A stretch of 64,000 bases of DNA from Octopus bimaculoides (Eukaryota), in the NCBI RefSeq assembly GCF_001194135.2, contig NC_068988.1, positions 2,403,380 to 2,467,379 on the forward strand. The letters run 5' to 3'. Below are positions 11,190 to 24,419 of the stretch, piece after piece. Every line of letters starts with the position of its first letter. Position 1 is the first letter of the stretch. The notes under the pieces were generated by a model that saw only the letters and a program-made list of their open reading frames with translations, made no database searches and had not been told where the DNA came from. Both the position numbers and the translations under genes were made by a program.

Positions 11190-11724
11190 AGTCGAGAGCC
11201 AAGACCATTGCAGCTGTTAGAGCTTTCATCAGAAGATGATGTCAGTTATTTCAGATTTCCTGTGTTGCTTTTGTTGTATTTTTCTGGGAGGTTTTTGAGT
11301 GCTGTTTTTTCCTATTTCTATGTGTGTTGAGAATATTTGTAGCTTTTCTATATTTTTAGCTTTGTGCAAAGCTATCACCTGAAGCTCTATGTTGTTGTGT
11401 ACGATGATTCCTTTGCTCACCTATATTGACTCTCCATTGTTCAACAAGTGTCTTAACCATGAAGATACCACATTATTTTCCTGGCCTAATGTATTTAGAA
11501 TGCCATATACCATGTGGGCTTCCTTTTTATGCTTCAAGAAAGAATTGACTGATAATTCTAATGTTGCAATTCCTTTATGTACCATTAAGTGGATCCCTAA
11601 TAAATCTCTTCCAGAATGAAAGGGATTCACACCCGTCACTGGTAGCTTACAAAATAACTTGTCACTTCCACAGTTCTACCGCTCCCTGCTTCAAGAAATC
11701 ATTTCTCACTTTGTACTATGTAAG

Positions 11725-11915
11725 GGCCAGCTGTTAATAATTCAGTTAATTTCGTCTGTCTTTGTGTTCTGAGTTCAAATTCCACCAGATTTGACTTTGC
11801 CTTTCATGGTTTCAGGGTCGATAAAATAAGTACCTGTTGAATACTGGGGGCCAACATCATTGAATTGCACCCTTCCCTGAGACTCTTGACCTCGTACCAA
11901 AATTTGAAGCCAGCA
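11725..11915 (+). mobile_element. tRNA-derived SINE (family A)
   Basis: gttctgagttcaaattcc...tttgactttgcctttcat...ggtcgataaaataagtacc core. Confidence 0.75.
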
Positions 11916-12074
11916 ATTAAGTGAGGACATAGACTGCTTCTGTGGTTAAGAAGTTTGCTTCCTAACCACAAAGTTTCAAATGCAGACAGTAATTTGAACA
12001 CAGAATGTTAGGACAGACCAAAAGGTGCTAAGCATTTCACCTGACATGGTAACAATTCTGCCAGTTTGTCACCT

Positions 12075-12096
12075 TAACAACAACAACAACAACAAT

Positions 12097-12165
<69 letters not shown>

Positions 12166-12172
12166 AATAATA
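12075..12172. repeat. (AAC)n/(AAT)n microsatellite
   Basis: Seen directly. Confidence 0.95.
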
Positions 12173-12379
12173 AGCAAGTGAAAATGTCTTTGACCAAAAC
12201 CTTATGAGTAGATTTGGAAGACAGAAACTGAATGAAGCTTTTTGTATATATCATCTTCATCATCATCCTCATCATTTAACAACCACTTTTCCATGCTTAC
12301 ATGAGTAAGACAGAGTTTATCTGAGGCAAACATTCACCTGTTTCTTGGTAAGGTTGTATTTCCAGTGGCCAGACATATT

Positions 12380-12630
12380 CTCTTTGTCTTGATATCGTGT
12401 GATAATCGTAAACAGTTGTCAGTCACTGCCATACAAGCAGAGTCATTAATTTCCAATGTTCTGCTGAAACATGACCAGCCCTGGGGAAATATTACCTTGT
12501 TCAGAAACAGGTGAGGGTTAGTGACAGGAAGGGCATCCAGCTGTAGAAAAAAAAAATCTACCTCAATAAACTCTGTCAGACCCGTGCAAGTACGGGAAGC
12601 TAAATACTAAATGATGATGATGACAATGAT
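12380..12630 (+). mobile_element. SINE family C 3' part (RTE-like tail)
   Basis: ggggaaatattaccttg..gaaacaggtgagggttagtgacaggaagggcatccagctgtagaaa..tctacctc, then (GAT)n. Confidence 0.65.
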
Positions 12631-13304
12631 GATGATAGTTATAATGATGTTGGTGGTGGTGGTGCTGCTGCTGCTGCTTCTGATGTTTTGGTCATGAACA
12701 ACATGCAACATTATATTAGCTGGTTGTTCAGAACCTCTTAACTCAACCTATTTTTTTTGCTTTTTAATTAATGAAACAAAAACATAACCCTCTAAACCAT
12801 AAGTCAAGAAGACACCATGCTCTGATAAACTTAGAGAGGATGCACAACTGACAAAGGAACCAAAACAGATCTAAGCTACTGCTCAAAGACGTAAAATAAA
12901 GTACAAAAGCAGAGGTTTTGTACAAAAACATAAAACAATAACCAAAAATTAGTCATATTATCTGCTTGGCCATTCTAATTTCAGGTTGACTCTCTGTTGC
13001 AAAGAAATAACTAACTCTGCATCATTTTTATTTGGCAATAACAATTGAATATTCGCCTATCTTGTTGACCTTTTTGTCATAAAATGTTGTAATATATCTA
13101 AATTAAAGTCTGTTTATTTGTTCCTAGACATTAATATCTCACCTTTTAAGTACAGTCTTCCCACCTCCGGAAAAAAACCCAACCCTCTCGGGACAAATAG
13201 ACGTGTTTGAAGGTCTCGAGTTGATTGAATTTGCACTCGATAATGAATTTGACATCTCATACTTTTTGATTGATGGTTGCCAAAGGCAAACTCAGGAATG
13301 ACAG

Positions 13305-13318
13305 AGATAATAATAATA

Positions 13319-13355
<37 letters not shown>

Positions 13356-13356
13356 T

Positions 13357-13389
<33 letters not shown>

Positions 13390-13495
13390 AATAATAATGA
13401 TAATGACGGTGGTGATGATGATGATGATGATGATGAGGGTAATAATATTTATAACCACATCAACAGCAATGACAACAACAATAATAATAATAAAA
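13305..13495. repeat. Compound (AAT)/(AAC)/(GAT) microsatellite
   Basis: Seen directly. Confidence 0.95.
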
Positions 13496-13497
13496 AT

Positions 13498-13795
13498 AGA
13501 GATATGACAGGTTAGCCTGGGAGGTTTAAGCAGTTGTGGTCGCTGAAAAAAGGTAGCAATAGTACCAATAATTGTCGGATCCCTGGGAACAGTGAGCAAA
13601 AATCTCGAGAAGTATGTGGAACAAATAGGGGCTGCTATAAGGGTGGAGCACTTGCAGAAAACAGCACTGCTTGGAACCGCTCGAATACTCTGGAAGGTGC
13701 TCGAAAAGTAAGAGGTGTTTACCTTAGTTCACTGGTTGTGAACAGCTGGCGTCGTAGTACATCTCCAGCGTTAGAAGCTGTGCAAAGGCAATGAC

Positions 13796-13855
<60 letters not shown>

Positions 13856-13880
13856 AAGAAGAAAAAGAAGAAGAAGAAGA
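13498..13880 (+). mobile_element. 3' end of an R4/Dong-like restriction-like-endonuclease non-LTR retrotransposon (family RA) with (AAT)n(GAA)n tail
   Basis: With frameshifts it encodes DRLAWEV/KQLWSLK/VAIVPIIVGSLGTVSKNLEKYVEQIGAAIRVEHLQKTALLGTARILWKVLEK* (stop 13709-13711), typical of an RLE-LINE C-terminus. A second copy lies at 47600-47888. Confidence 0.8.
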
Positions 13881-14699
13881 AACACAAAAGAGAACCCTGG
13901 GAAGGTTCAGCATTAATAGGCTATGAAAAATATCCAGTGATGACAATTAAAAACACAGATCAAATAAATTAAAAGATTAAAATGTTGAAGGATAACAAAA
14001 TAATCTTTGTTAAATCAATTAATTTTACTATCTGTAATTAACTTATTCTAAATGTTAATAATGGTTGGCAGTCTGGTACCATGGGTAAATTAAGTATTGG
14101 AGAACTGTTCTTACAAATACCAAATTGATTTAATTCCTGCTGCTGAATAAAAATATGAGAAACAATACAAATAAAGGAACCGTTTTATTCAGTCGAAAGG
14201 GAATCAAAACTATGTCCTTTGAATGTAATGCTTCAAAGAACGAATATGAAAAGAGGAAAACTGAACAACACAAGAAATAATGACCAGGTATAGTATGAAA
14301 ATCATGGAAACTTATATAAAGGAGTAGGCGATACGTCTGTAGCATTGCAAATAAAAGGGAAAAGGCATAAATGAACTCAAGTGGAATACGTTTTGATGCA
14401 ACGTGCATATTTTACAGCCATATGTTGTTATACAAAAACGAAAACAAAAATGAATACTATGATACTATCCTTCTATATATTCTGGAGAGAGATCTATTGC
14501 CCAGATCTAGCCTCAAGACTAACAAATATGTGCAATGCAGAAAATTTACTATTAAATGTTGAACGCATATATTGGCATAATGCATAGAGAACTGTCGTCA
14601 ATATAATAGAAAGCACTTAGCTGAAACACTGCACCAATTTTCCCTCTAAGCTGTGTGCTGCATGTGCATGTGTATACACCTTTTACAATTAGGAAGAGA

Positions 14700-15300
14700 A
14701 AAAATGTGCACCCACAAGGTTTACAAGATGAAATAAGATGATTTTAATTAAAGAAATTTGAGTGATGGTTACTCTTTTAGAAGCACGCATAACTTTTTCA
14801 TTTTGCATGTGCAGTTTGAGGTCATTGGTCACCCTAATTTTAGCAATCTCATAGCTAGGCCTGCATTTGCTCAGCATCCTTGTCAAAAGGATTAATACAG
14901 TGATGTAATATAATGGAGAATGTGAGTCTCCACGAAACATATCCCTGCAGATTTTTCCACTTCCTTTTGATTTATTTCCACATGTTAGTTTTACTTCCAA
15001 TGATCAGGGTTTTTTCTAAAAAAAATCGCTTAATATTCTCATTGTCTCCGAAGTCTTCTGGAACTCCAAGAGTCAACACAGAGGGACATTATCACACACT
15101 ATCTTGTGGTCTATCAGACTAACAGTTAAGTTCTCCTTCTTCATGCCACACTTGGTATTCTAACATCAATATACAACAAATGAGCAGTTCCTCTTCTTCG
15201 CTTCTTTCATCATCTGTTTTGCTCATTCTCCAGAAAGATATAAAAACCATTTGCAAAACACAGATAGAGAGCAACATTGAATGAGTGTTGAGAACGCCAA
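14700..15300 (-). mobile_element. Possible PIF/Harbinger transposase N-terminal relic
   Basis: Minus-strand peptides EEEELLICCILMLEYQVW, ETMRILSDFF and RDMFRGDSHSPLYY loosely match the Harbinger pattern (RM..F, GDSYxSLxY). Many stops. Confidence 0.25.
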
Positions 15301-15892
15301 GAACTGAGTCTAAAGTCCTACAGCAGACTCTCACTGAGACCGTTTCACTATAACTCTACAGTTCAGAAAAAGCATGGACATCACAACATCTCTCATAAAG
15401 CATATGATCTTTTACTGAAGACAAAGAAACCATTATTACAGGAATATAGATATAATAGGTTCAGATGTTCCTATGGCAACTTATTCTCAAAATAGTAAAT
15501 AATAAAATACAGCCACATTTCTGTGGAAGAGGGTCACTTGTTATGATTCACATTCAATAAAACTTTCTTTCGTTCTCAAGCCTGTCATCGATTTAACATT
15601 TCCTTTTATCTAACTGGCAGGTATTGGACAGGGCTACAGCACGGCAACTACCCATTTATCATTACTGCATCATTTCAGCTGAGAGGTGTAACAGTCTAAG
15701 CTCTAGTTTATCAAACTCATCCAAAATTTCCTTCACCTCCCTTAATTATTTTTATAACATCGAAGGAATCTTCTGTCACTCGTATTATCAATGTTGTTTA
15801 TTCATTCCCACGTCAAGGTATCTTATTCAAAAAAAAGAGTCTCTTCAAAATTCCTCGTAAAGAAATTTGTCACTTTCTTACATAATGACTTC

Positions 15893-16105
15893 CAATTTCA
15901 GCACAAGGCCAGTAATTTTGAAGAGAAATATAACAGAATCAACCCCAAGTACATGACTGGTACTTTGTCTTATTGAGCTTGAAAGGATAAAAGGCAAAAG
16001 CTAACTATGGTTGGAGTGGAACTGAGATTGTAAAAAGGAGGGAAAAATATCATAAGGTATTTTTTTTTCCAGTGCTTTAATGGTTTTGCTAGCTTACTGC
16101 CTTAT
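15893..16105 (-). mobile_element. tRNA-derived SINE (family A), diverged
   Basis: aatttcagcacaaggccag...actggtactttgtcttatt...aaaggcaaaag is the reverse of the family core. Confidence 0.65.
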
Positions 16106-16124
16106 AACCTGACTTAATAATGGG

Positions 16125-16340
16125 CATTTCTAGAATGGTGGGCTGACAGTATTGTCAGCATGCTGAACAAAATACTTAGTGGCATTTTGCCCATCTCTAC
16201 ATTCTGAGTTCACATTCTGTCAGTCGATTTTGCCTTTCACCCTTGCAGGGTTGATAAAATAAGTACAAGTTGAACACTGGGATTAATCTAATCAATTTAA
16301 TCCATCCCCAAAATTCCTAGCCCTGTGCCAAAAATTATGA
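16125..16340 (+). mobile_element. tRNA-derived SINE (family A)
   Basis: attctgagttcacattc...gattttgcctttcaccctt..gggttgataaaataagtac core. Confidence 0.75.
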
Positions 16341-16837
16341 CATCAAATTGAACTTAAAAGAGACTACTCTCAAGATGTTGGTACTTTTTGACACAAAATG
16401 ACTCATAAAATACTAACAGGTGCATTCGACTGCACTCAGACAAAGTTTGAATAATGGGTGAATGAACAGAACCTCGGGATACCTTAACTCAGCCTGACCA
16501 GTCATCTTCCATGTTAATTTATGGTATGCTTTAGTATACTCTAAGTTATTTCCATGCAAATATGTGTGAGTATATGTACATATCTTCATGTATTTGTATA
16601 TGTATATGTTCCGCAGTATGAACATGCATCAATTTCACTTATCACTGCTTAGCACCACCTACCCCTGCCATAATTAAAATTCTTAATACATCCTTCTGTA
16701 TATTGCATCATATTTCTCAATCCACCCTTCACTTTTGTAAACATGTTTGTTTCTTCACACCCCAGTCATGTTTCAGTCATTTTATCATCCCTAGTGAATT
16801 CATATTTTTTTACCTGTTCAAGCTCTCCTTGCAAGGA

Positions 16838-16840
16838 ATG

Positions 16841-16885
<45 letters not shown>

Positions 16886-17092
16886 GTAGTAGTAGTAATA
16901 AGAATAATAATAGTAGTAGTAGTAGTAGTAGTAATAATAATGATAATAATAAAGATGATGGTGATGATGATGATGATAATTATCATTATCATTATTATAA
17001 TTATTAATAGTGTTATTATTTTGCTTGTTGTTGTTGTTCTTCTGTTTCTGCTTCTTCTTCTTCTTATTATTATTATTGTTATTATTATTATT
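16838..17092. repeat. Compound trinucleotide microsatellite
   Basis: (AAT)/(AGT)/(GAT)/(TTG)/(CTT) runs seen directly. Confidence 0.95.
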
Positions 17093-17609
17093 CCTTCTAC
17101 ACCTCTTGCTTCTTATCACACTAGAATCAAATTTTTCATTCTTTGGCATTTTTTAACAATCCAGCACATTAAACAATCTGAGAATCTCTTGTTTTTTATT
17201 TTCTTAATGTTTTTTTTTAATACTCATTTTCTCATATAATTCTTCTTTTCATTTGAATTCACACTTACAAATAGATATTGCTGTACGAAATAATTAATTG
17301 CCACTATTGCATTGTGGGAAAGCACCCACTGCTAATTGTGTTGCTGATAATGGTGGCAGTAATAGCAGTAACAGCAATTAGTGTTAGTAGTTATATTAAT
17401 ATGGATAGTGATGATGGTGGTGGTGGTCATGTGACACCACACCACCAATGATAACAATGAAAGTGATGAGGAAGATGAGGATGATGATGATGGTGAGGAT
17501 GACGACGATGATGATGATGATGATGGTATAAATGATATAATGACTTAAAATTTCTATCTCACAAGACACAAAAGACCCTTATTATATGTCTCTATTTGTC
17601 TAACATTAT

Positions 17610-17656
<47 letters not shown>

Positions 17657-19076
17657 CAAACCATCATCATCATCATCATCATCTCCATTGTCTTATAATG
17701 CCCTTCTTCCAAGCTGGCATACATTAAATGAGCTCCAAAGTCTGCTTTGCCAAGGTTTCTGCATATTCTGGGGGTCTTTTTTGCTTCATGGCACCAACAC
17801 TAGTGTGGTTGCCATAGAGCTGACAAGACCAAGGCCCCACCCTCATCTGAATGGGCTACAGCTGAGAGGAAGACAGCTTTAAGCCTGGAGATGAGAGAAC
17901 AGTTTCTTTGGTGTAAAGGCACATGGCTTAGTAGTTAGGTTGTTGGACTCATGACTGTAAGGTGGTGGTTTCAATTCCTGGACTGGGCCAGGTGTTGTGT
18001 TTTTTTCATTTCATGTTGCTCCAGTCCACTCAGCCAGCAAAAATGAAGACCTCTGCAATGGACCAGTGCCCCATCCATGTGGGAATGGACCATATGCATG
18101 ACAGAAACTAGAAAACCATCCCTATCGGTCTATGTGACTTGGAAAAGAGAGAAGAGCCATGTGGTTACACATATCAGAAAAGAGAGAGGGTAAGAGTAAC
18201 TGGGGCCAAACGAGAAAGAGAGATAAAATTGTGGTGATGAGGTGTCAGGTTCGAAGTGAGTAGAAGTGAATGGAGAAAGAAGAAGAGGCTGCAAGAGTGT
18301 AAGGGAAGAGTAAGGATGAGGGATAAGGGTTTGGCAATGGGTGAGAGGGTGGATATATAATGAACGAAGGACAAGTGTTGAGTGATGATGAATATTATAT
18401 GCTGGAGGAATGTAGNNNNNNNNNNAGAGTAACTGGGGCCAAACGAGAAAGAGAGATAAAATTGTGGTGATGAGGTGTCAGGTTCGAAGTGAGTAGAAGT
18501 GAATGGAGAAAGAAGAAGAGGCTGCAAGAGTGTAAGGGAAGAGTAAGAATGAGGGATAAGGGTTTGGCAATGGGTGAGAGGGTGGATATATAATGAATGA
18601 AGGACAAGTGTTGAGTGATGATGAATATTATATGCTGGAGGAATGTAGGGAAGAGTAGGTGACAACTGTAGAAGTTGGGTTGGTTGGGTGGAGAGGTGGG
18701 TGTAGTAAGTGGTAGATAAAGGGTTGGGAGGATTAATGTTGTGTATGGCTTGGGGGAAGACGGAGAAGAAAAGGAGATGATTGACAGTAAAGAAAGAGGT
18801 GAAGAACTACAGAATAGTAATAATGATACAGTATACAGGAAAAAGATGAGAGAAAGAGAGAGATGACATGTAGTTGGATAGGTTGCAAGTGTGTGTGTGT
18901 GTGTATATGTGTGTGAGAGAGGGGGATATGTAATGCAAGAGATGTTTGGTGGTGGAAAAGGAAATATAATTTGGCAACTCAGAAGGATGATCAATGTAAA
19001 ATGTGGAGGGAGAGGGATAATTTTAAGAATGAAGAATGGACACACACACACTGACGCGTACATGCGCGTGCGCATG

Positions 19077-19107
<31 letters not shown>

Positions 19108-19837
19108 TTACATATATATATATAGATAGATACAGATATATATATATCCATATAAATGTATGTATATACGTATGTACATACACGCATGCACACATATGCA
19201 CGTGCGCACACACACGCATACACACTCTTGCCAAGCTAACAGTAATGCTATTTAATAAATCACAATCACCAATATATGATGAGATCACCGTTGCTCTTTA
19301 ACACATCTTCAATAGCTGCACTACTTTATACCAAAGAAGAAGAAAGAGGAGGAGGAAGAGGAGGAGGCGAAGAAAACTAAAAACAAAAACAAAGCCAAAA
19401 AAACCCCTCAATCTCTCAGTGATTTATCGAAAAGAAATAAAAGTGAAAAACAATAAAACAATTCTTGTAAATCATAGAATCGGTCCAGGCATTGCTAGTT
19501 AATATATGTACAATTGATTTGCTCTGAGTGGACAGGAGGCTAACTTTTATCGATATACTTAATTAATTTGACACTAGTAAATTAATGGTGGTTAATTATA
19601 TATGAGGGATAAAATGAATGCCAGAACTATAAGATCCGGGACTAGACCAAGTCCTTCATTTTATATATTTACATCTTTTAATGATTGAAGTATTAAGTAT
19701 AATTATTTAAATATTAACTTAATATTGTTAACCACTTTAAGAAACATAGTAATCCAGTAAATTTTCTTAATCACTAATAATTCATAAAATAAAATCATTA
19801 TCCATGCATTATACTTAAGCTATATACATCGTTGACA

Positions 19838-20111
19838 GGCCAGTTACTGTGGTGTGTGTCCTGAGATAACATCAATAATGAACTTGCTATGTTAAAAAGG
19901 CACAGGAAATATTGGAGAGAAATGCAAATTTGTCCCAGTATTAGCCAGAAAGAATGTCACATGCATAGGTTTAAAAAGGCTGAAATGAATCTGATGTTCA
20001 GGCTAGCCACTGGTGGGGCAAATTTATGTCTCCTTCTATTATATATTGTGTTCTTAACACTAGATATCTATAAGAGATGTTATCTCAGGACAAATATCAC
20101 AGCAACAGGCC
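19838..20111. mobile_element. MITE-like element with 36-bp imperfect terminal inverted repeats
   Basis: 19838-19873 matches the reverse complement of 20076-20111 at 31 of 36 nt. A related solo arm lies at about 29372-29420. Confidence 0.7.
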
Positions 20112-20989
20112 TGGCAATGGTCTATATACATTAGGTATGATACATAGTTGGCTATTTTATATTGTTTTACCTAAGTACTGTCAAATGTAAATAATGTAAA
20201 TTATGTAAATAATTAAATATTCTTGTTATGTTGTATTTGGTGATTTCCCTGTTGACAAACCACCTTGGCCCTCACTTTTCTCTGCCAGCACTACCTGTAC
20301 TTATCACTAAATCACTAGAATGTGCTGATGTCTTTGAGTTACGAAATGCTCAATTGTCTTGGAACTTGTCATCGTTTCTACCAGAATGATCAGCAAAATG
20401 TTTGTATAGTTAAAAAACAAACAATTGAGAAAAAGAAAAAAGTATTAAAAGATTTGACAAACAATCTTTCTTTTTTTGTCTGATGAGGATTGTTTTCAAT
20501 AAATTATTTACAAATATTTAATTGTGCATAGAAAAGAGAACTGGACAGAAACATATTTGATAAATTGAAACAAAACATTTGAATTCAAATTAGACCAAAA
20601 GTATGAGAAAGAAAACATTACCTTCTAATTCTGGCCATTAAGGGCTACCAAAATACAACCTTAACTCTGCATTATATTTTAAATTAATTTTACTCAATTT
20701 AAATTTCAAGGTTGTTTACTGTTGTTGATTTAGTTTGCAGATATCAGGTTAATTAATTAAAATTTTTTGGTTCACTTGACTGTAAGATAAAATTTCACAT
20801 TGCATTTCATGTTCCTGTATCCTGGTGTTGAATGGCTAAAGATATATTATTTTACTCACCTCTGAATAACAGCATAATATAAATTAAAAAAGTAAAGAAA
20901 CTCCTGCTCCTTAACAGTGTATTTTCTTTAAAAAAAATCTCATATCTGTTCTAACATAGTAAATGTACACATTATTTGTTGATCCAGAA

Positions 20990-21300
20990 AGATAAATGTA
21001 TTTAAGAAACAATGGCCAGTACAATAAAAACATAAATATTTTCTCACATATGGTGGGTGCTTTATGAGAAAAACAAAGATCACGAGATTTATCAAGTAAA
21101 ACTAGGAAGAAATAAGAAATAAAAAGTCTTGTGGAAGGGTTAGAGATTGTATGTAGTGATTGTAGCAATCGGATATGTGATGTAGCAAAGGAAAGACTAA
21201 TACATCACTAAAAGAACGTGACATTTTGTTAACTAAGAAAGAAATTCTGTGAAGGAACTGAAATATCTTGACATGCATTCCATTAAAATTCTGAACATTT
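20990..21300 (+). mobile_element. Possible Penelope-like endonuclease C-terminal relic
   Basis: Broken peptides FSHIWWVLYEKNKDHEI, RICDVAKERLI and LLTKKEI..C loosely match the PLE LSxHIWxL / CxLC..EK / LLNKRSE pattern. Confidence 0.25.
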
Positions 21301-21852
21301 CTCTAAGGCAACGGCTATTGTAGTGAAGACACAGCTACTCGACACTCCAGCAAACCGAGATATAATTCACCAAAGTTAAACTCTCACTTTACAACAGTAA
21401 GTAATTTGCCTCTCACTGTAAATCTTTCAACCAATGCATTCCATACTTTTTATCAAGGTGTCATTCATTCAACCAAACTGAGAAATGTTTCACAAATACA
21501 GGAGGTATTTTATTAACAAAAGAGACTTTGAAATGTAATCACCATGTGATTTGATTTAAATCTTGAGTTTATTATATGGCAGATCAATACATTTCATTCA
21601 TTTAAAACGCAGATCTACAGATAATACCATAATTCAAAAATGTTTTGCTTTATTCCTTTTCTGATATCAAGAATTTCAGAAGAGGATAACTAAAAACAGT
21701 TAAATTTTAAAATTGCTGTGTCTCTTACATTCTGAGATTGAGTTCGACTTTGGTGAAACTTTACGAATCAAGATATTCATAGTTCATTAAACTTTCATTC
21801 TAACCACACTGCAATTGTCAATATATTTTCTCTTTTTAAATGTGAAGTTTAA

Positions 21853-22074
21853 CCCTTTTGTTATCAACCCACCTGAAACCACCTCTGGCTCTATAGTACA
21901 AATGTCCTATTTTCAACAGTTCTGAATTAAAAACTTCCACGAAACCTTAGTCACAATTTATATTCCTAACACTTGCTCAATGATAACTATGTTATTTCAC
22001 TTAATTCTTTGTTATATTTAAAATTAATTGAACAGAACACAGAGTGTCTCAACAGAAATATGGTAACAAAAGGG
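21853..22074 (+). mobile_element. Complete TTAA-flanked piggyBac-like MITE (222 bp)
   Basis: TTAA at 21849-21852 and 22075-22078. TIRs cccttttgttatc and reverse complement cccttttgttacc. Confidence 0.85.
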
Positions 22075-22269
22075 TTAAATTTGAACAATTAAACATAAAG
22101 TCCATGCCTTATTTTCAACTATACAGTTTGGTTATGTAGATATAAGAACCATTCTTCTCGGTTCCTCTCTCCCTATTCTTTCCTTTACTCACTTTCTTGT
22201 ACTTTGAGACTAAACACCGATATTCCATCAACACCAATTGTATCACTTTTGTCAGTTGCTCCAACCATC

Positions 22270-22638
22270 GACCCTTATATAATGCAGGGTAGCCATACAT
22301 CATCTCTATTGCAGGACACTGGTTCCTGTCCCTCTGTCAGGGTTTAGCCTTTCAACGCCTGGCATAAAGTCACCTTCTTCTCTACTACATCCCCATTCAG
22401 TTGGCGTGGGTGGCTTCTTCTGTCTTGCAAGTTACTTGCTGACCTTCCTTGTGCCAGTGGCACCAAGGACATTCTGAAAAGAAGCACCAAGTACACTTTG
22501 TAAAGTGAGTGGAACTTGAGAGGAGATCCAAAGTTAGAGACCATAACAAAGCAGACATGGAGCTCAACACAGTTGTTTGGTTCCCCAGATGCTGTTGTAC
22601 TGTCTAACCCGTTGCAGCATGGAAGATGGACCTGAAAA

Positions 22639-22670
<32 letters not shown>
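22270..22670. mobile_element. Mixed SINE C and family B-related fragments
   Basis: gtgccagtggcacc..aagcacc..ccc..atgctg..gcagcatggaagatgg..(GAT)n. Diverged. Confidence 0.55.
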
Positions 22671-22675
<5 letters not shown>

Positions 22676-22744
22676 CCATACCAGAACTTTTGTCTCAAAT
22701 ATTCTAAATGTTTAGCCAATGAATCATTACTTTTTCTTGTAAAT

Positions 22745-22782
<38 letters not shown>

Positions 22783-23519
22783 TTCATAAATATTTTGAGG
22801 TTAAATCTGATGTAAAACAACAAATTAACGTTGACTTGATTTCTCCATTAGACCAATTTCAGAAAGACAATCCATCATGCTATCTCTAAATTATCTTGTT
22901 AAATAAGGTTATTTGGCTTAATTATGCAAAATTCAAATTATTACTTAAGTGTTAGTCGATGTACTTGGCAATTCAACTTTGAAATTATTTGAATACCAAT
23001 TTATTAAGAAAGTGAACATTTTTGTATGTTGTGTTTTCTTTAGATTTCCAGTTCAGCCTCTCATTTGACAAAATTAACCAAAACAGTTGCGTTTACTGAC
23101 ATTAATAGGAACTGACACAAATTATATTTTTCTTTTACTTTTAATAAAACAAATAATATCCCTTAACTCTGCGAAAACACATATTTATTTTATTTCTTGG
23201 AATGAGAGCAATAATTCTTAAAGCTCTCTGGATGAATTACGTAAAAATCAATTATTGGAATAAAATGAATAAAATTGCTTACAGACTTTAAAATAATCGA
23301 GATTTTTCTGCTAAAATATTTGCTAACTGATCCATGGAAAATGCTGTTTGAATTTCATACATTTCCATTTATTTCTGATTTCAAAAATCTAGGCCTAAAA
23401 TCTTTGATTGTGTTTGAAATTAATTTTCATTTTAAATATTCAAACAAAACAGATAATACAATTCTATATTTATGAGTTGCAGGATTTATATATTCTGTAT
23501 ACGGTTTATATTAGGCAGA

Positions 23520-23700
23520 CTTTTTCCGATCTCTTGCTCACTTCCTGCACTCATGACACTTCATTTAGTGAAGGAGTTCTTCACTTCGAATGACAAGAGC
23601 TAGTATCAGAATGGGATCAAAGAACTGGCAGAGAAGGTGGCTTCTGACAGGGCAACACAATAGTCTCTGCATTAAACGCTAACCTGCTTTTCTTGTAACT
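23520..23700 (+). mobile_element. Mariner transposase C-terminal fragment
   Basis: FFRSLAHFL...VKEFFTSNDKS*YQNGIKELAE/RW matches the mariner C-terminus (F...FY..GI..L..RW). Confidence 0.6.
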
Positions 23701-23882
23701 TGATCCNNNNNNNNNNNNNNNNNNNNNNNNNNNNNNNNNNNNNNNNNNNNNNNNNNNNNNNNNNNNNNNNNNNNNNNNNNNNNNNNNNNNNNNNNNNNNN
23801 NNNNNNNNNNNNNNNNNNNNNNNNNNNNNNNNNNNNNNNNNNNNNNNNNNNNNNNNNNNNNNNNNNNNNNNNNNNNNNNNNN

Positions 23883-23932
<50 letters not shown>

Positions 23933-24063
23933 TGTGTGTGTATGTGTGCATGCATGCATGTGTTCATTGTGTCAATAATTATGCATGTTTGATTGTGAAT
24001 ATATATATGTACCACCCATATATGTACCACCCATGCACCATCCTCACAAGCACCCATCATCGT

Positions 24064-24365
24064 CCCTATCACATCACCAACTCCTTTACCTTCACTTCCA
24101 GTAACATGATTTACTGCATCTCCTGCTCTTTCTGCCCTTCCCTGTACATCGGTCAAACAGGATGCCACTTGGCTGACCGGTTCGAGGAGCACCTCCAAGA
24201 CATCAGACTCAGTCTCGTGCCATTTCTGCTCTACCGGTCATTCACTACAACATCTGTCTGTGTTTGAATTGTCTTTGCACAGGAGCCATCTGGACAGAAA
24301 TTAATCTTCTCTCTTCGCTCCTTTGGACCACATAGGCTCAACTTCCTTCCTCTCTTTATCTGACT
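24064..24365 (+). mobile_element. Penelope-like element GIY-YIG endonuclease 3' fragment
   Basis: PYHITNSFTFTSSNMIYCISCSFCPSLYIGQTGCHLADRFEEHLQDIR, followed by broken SCHFCSTGHS and QKLIFSL. IY..YIG..R..EH is the PLE endonuclease signature. Confidence 0.85.
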
Positions 24366-24419
24366 CTCCTTCTCTCTTCATCTGACACCTACTTCCTCTC
24401 TTCACTCCTACCCACCTCT

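Noticed and set aside
18192-18650. Tandem duplication of about 225 bp across a 10-N gap
   Set aside because: Near-identical copies (2 SNPs) directly flank a 10-N gap. This is typical of unmerged contig overlap or allelic ends, not a real repeat.
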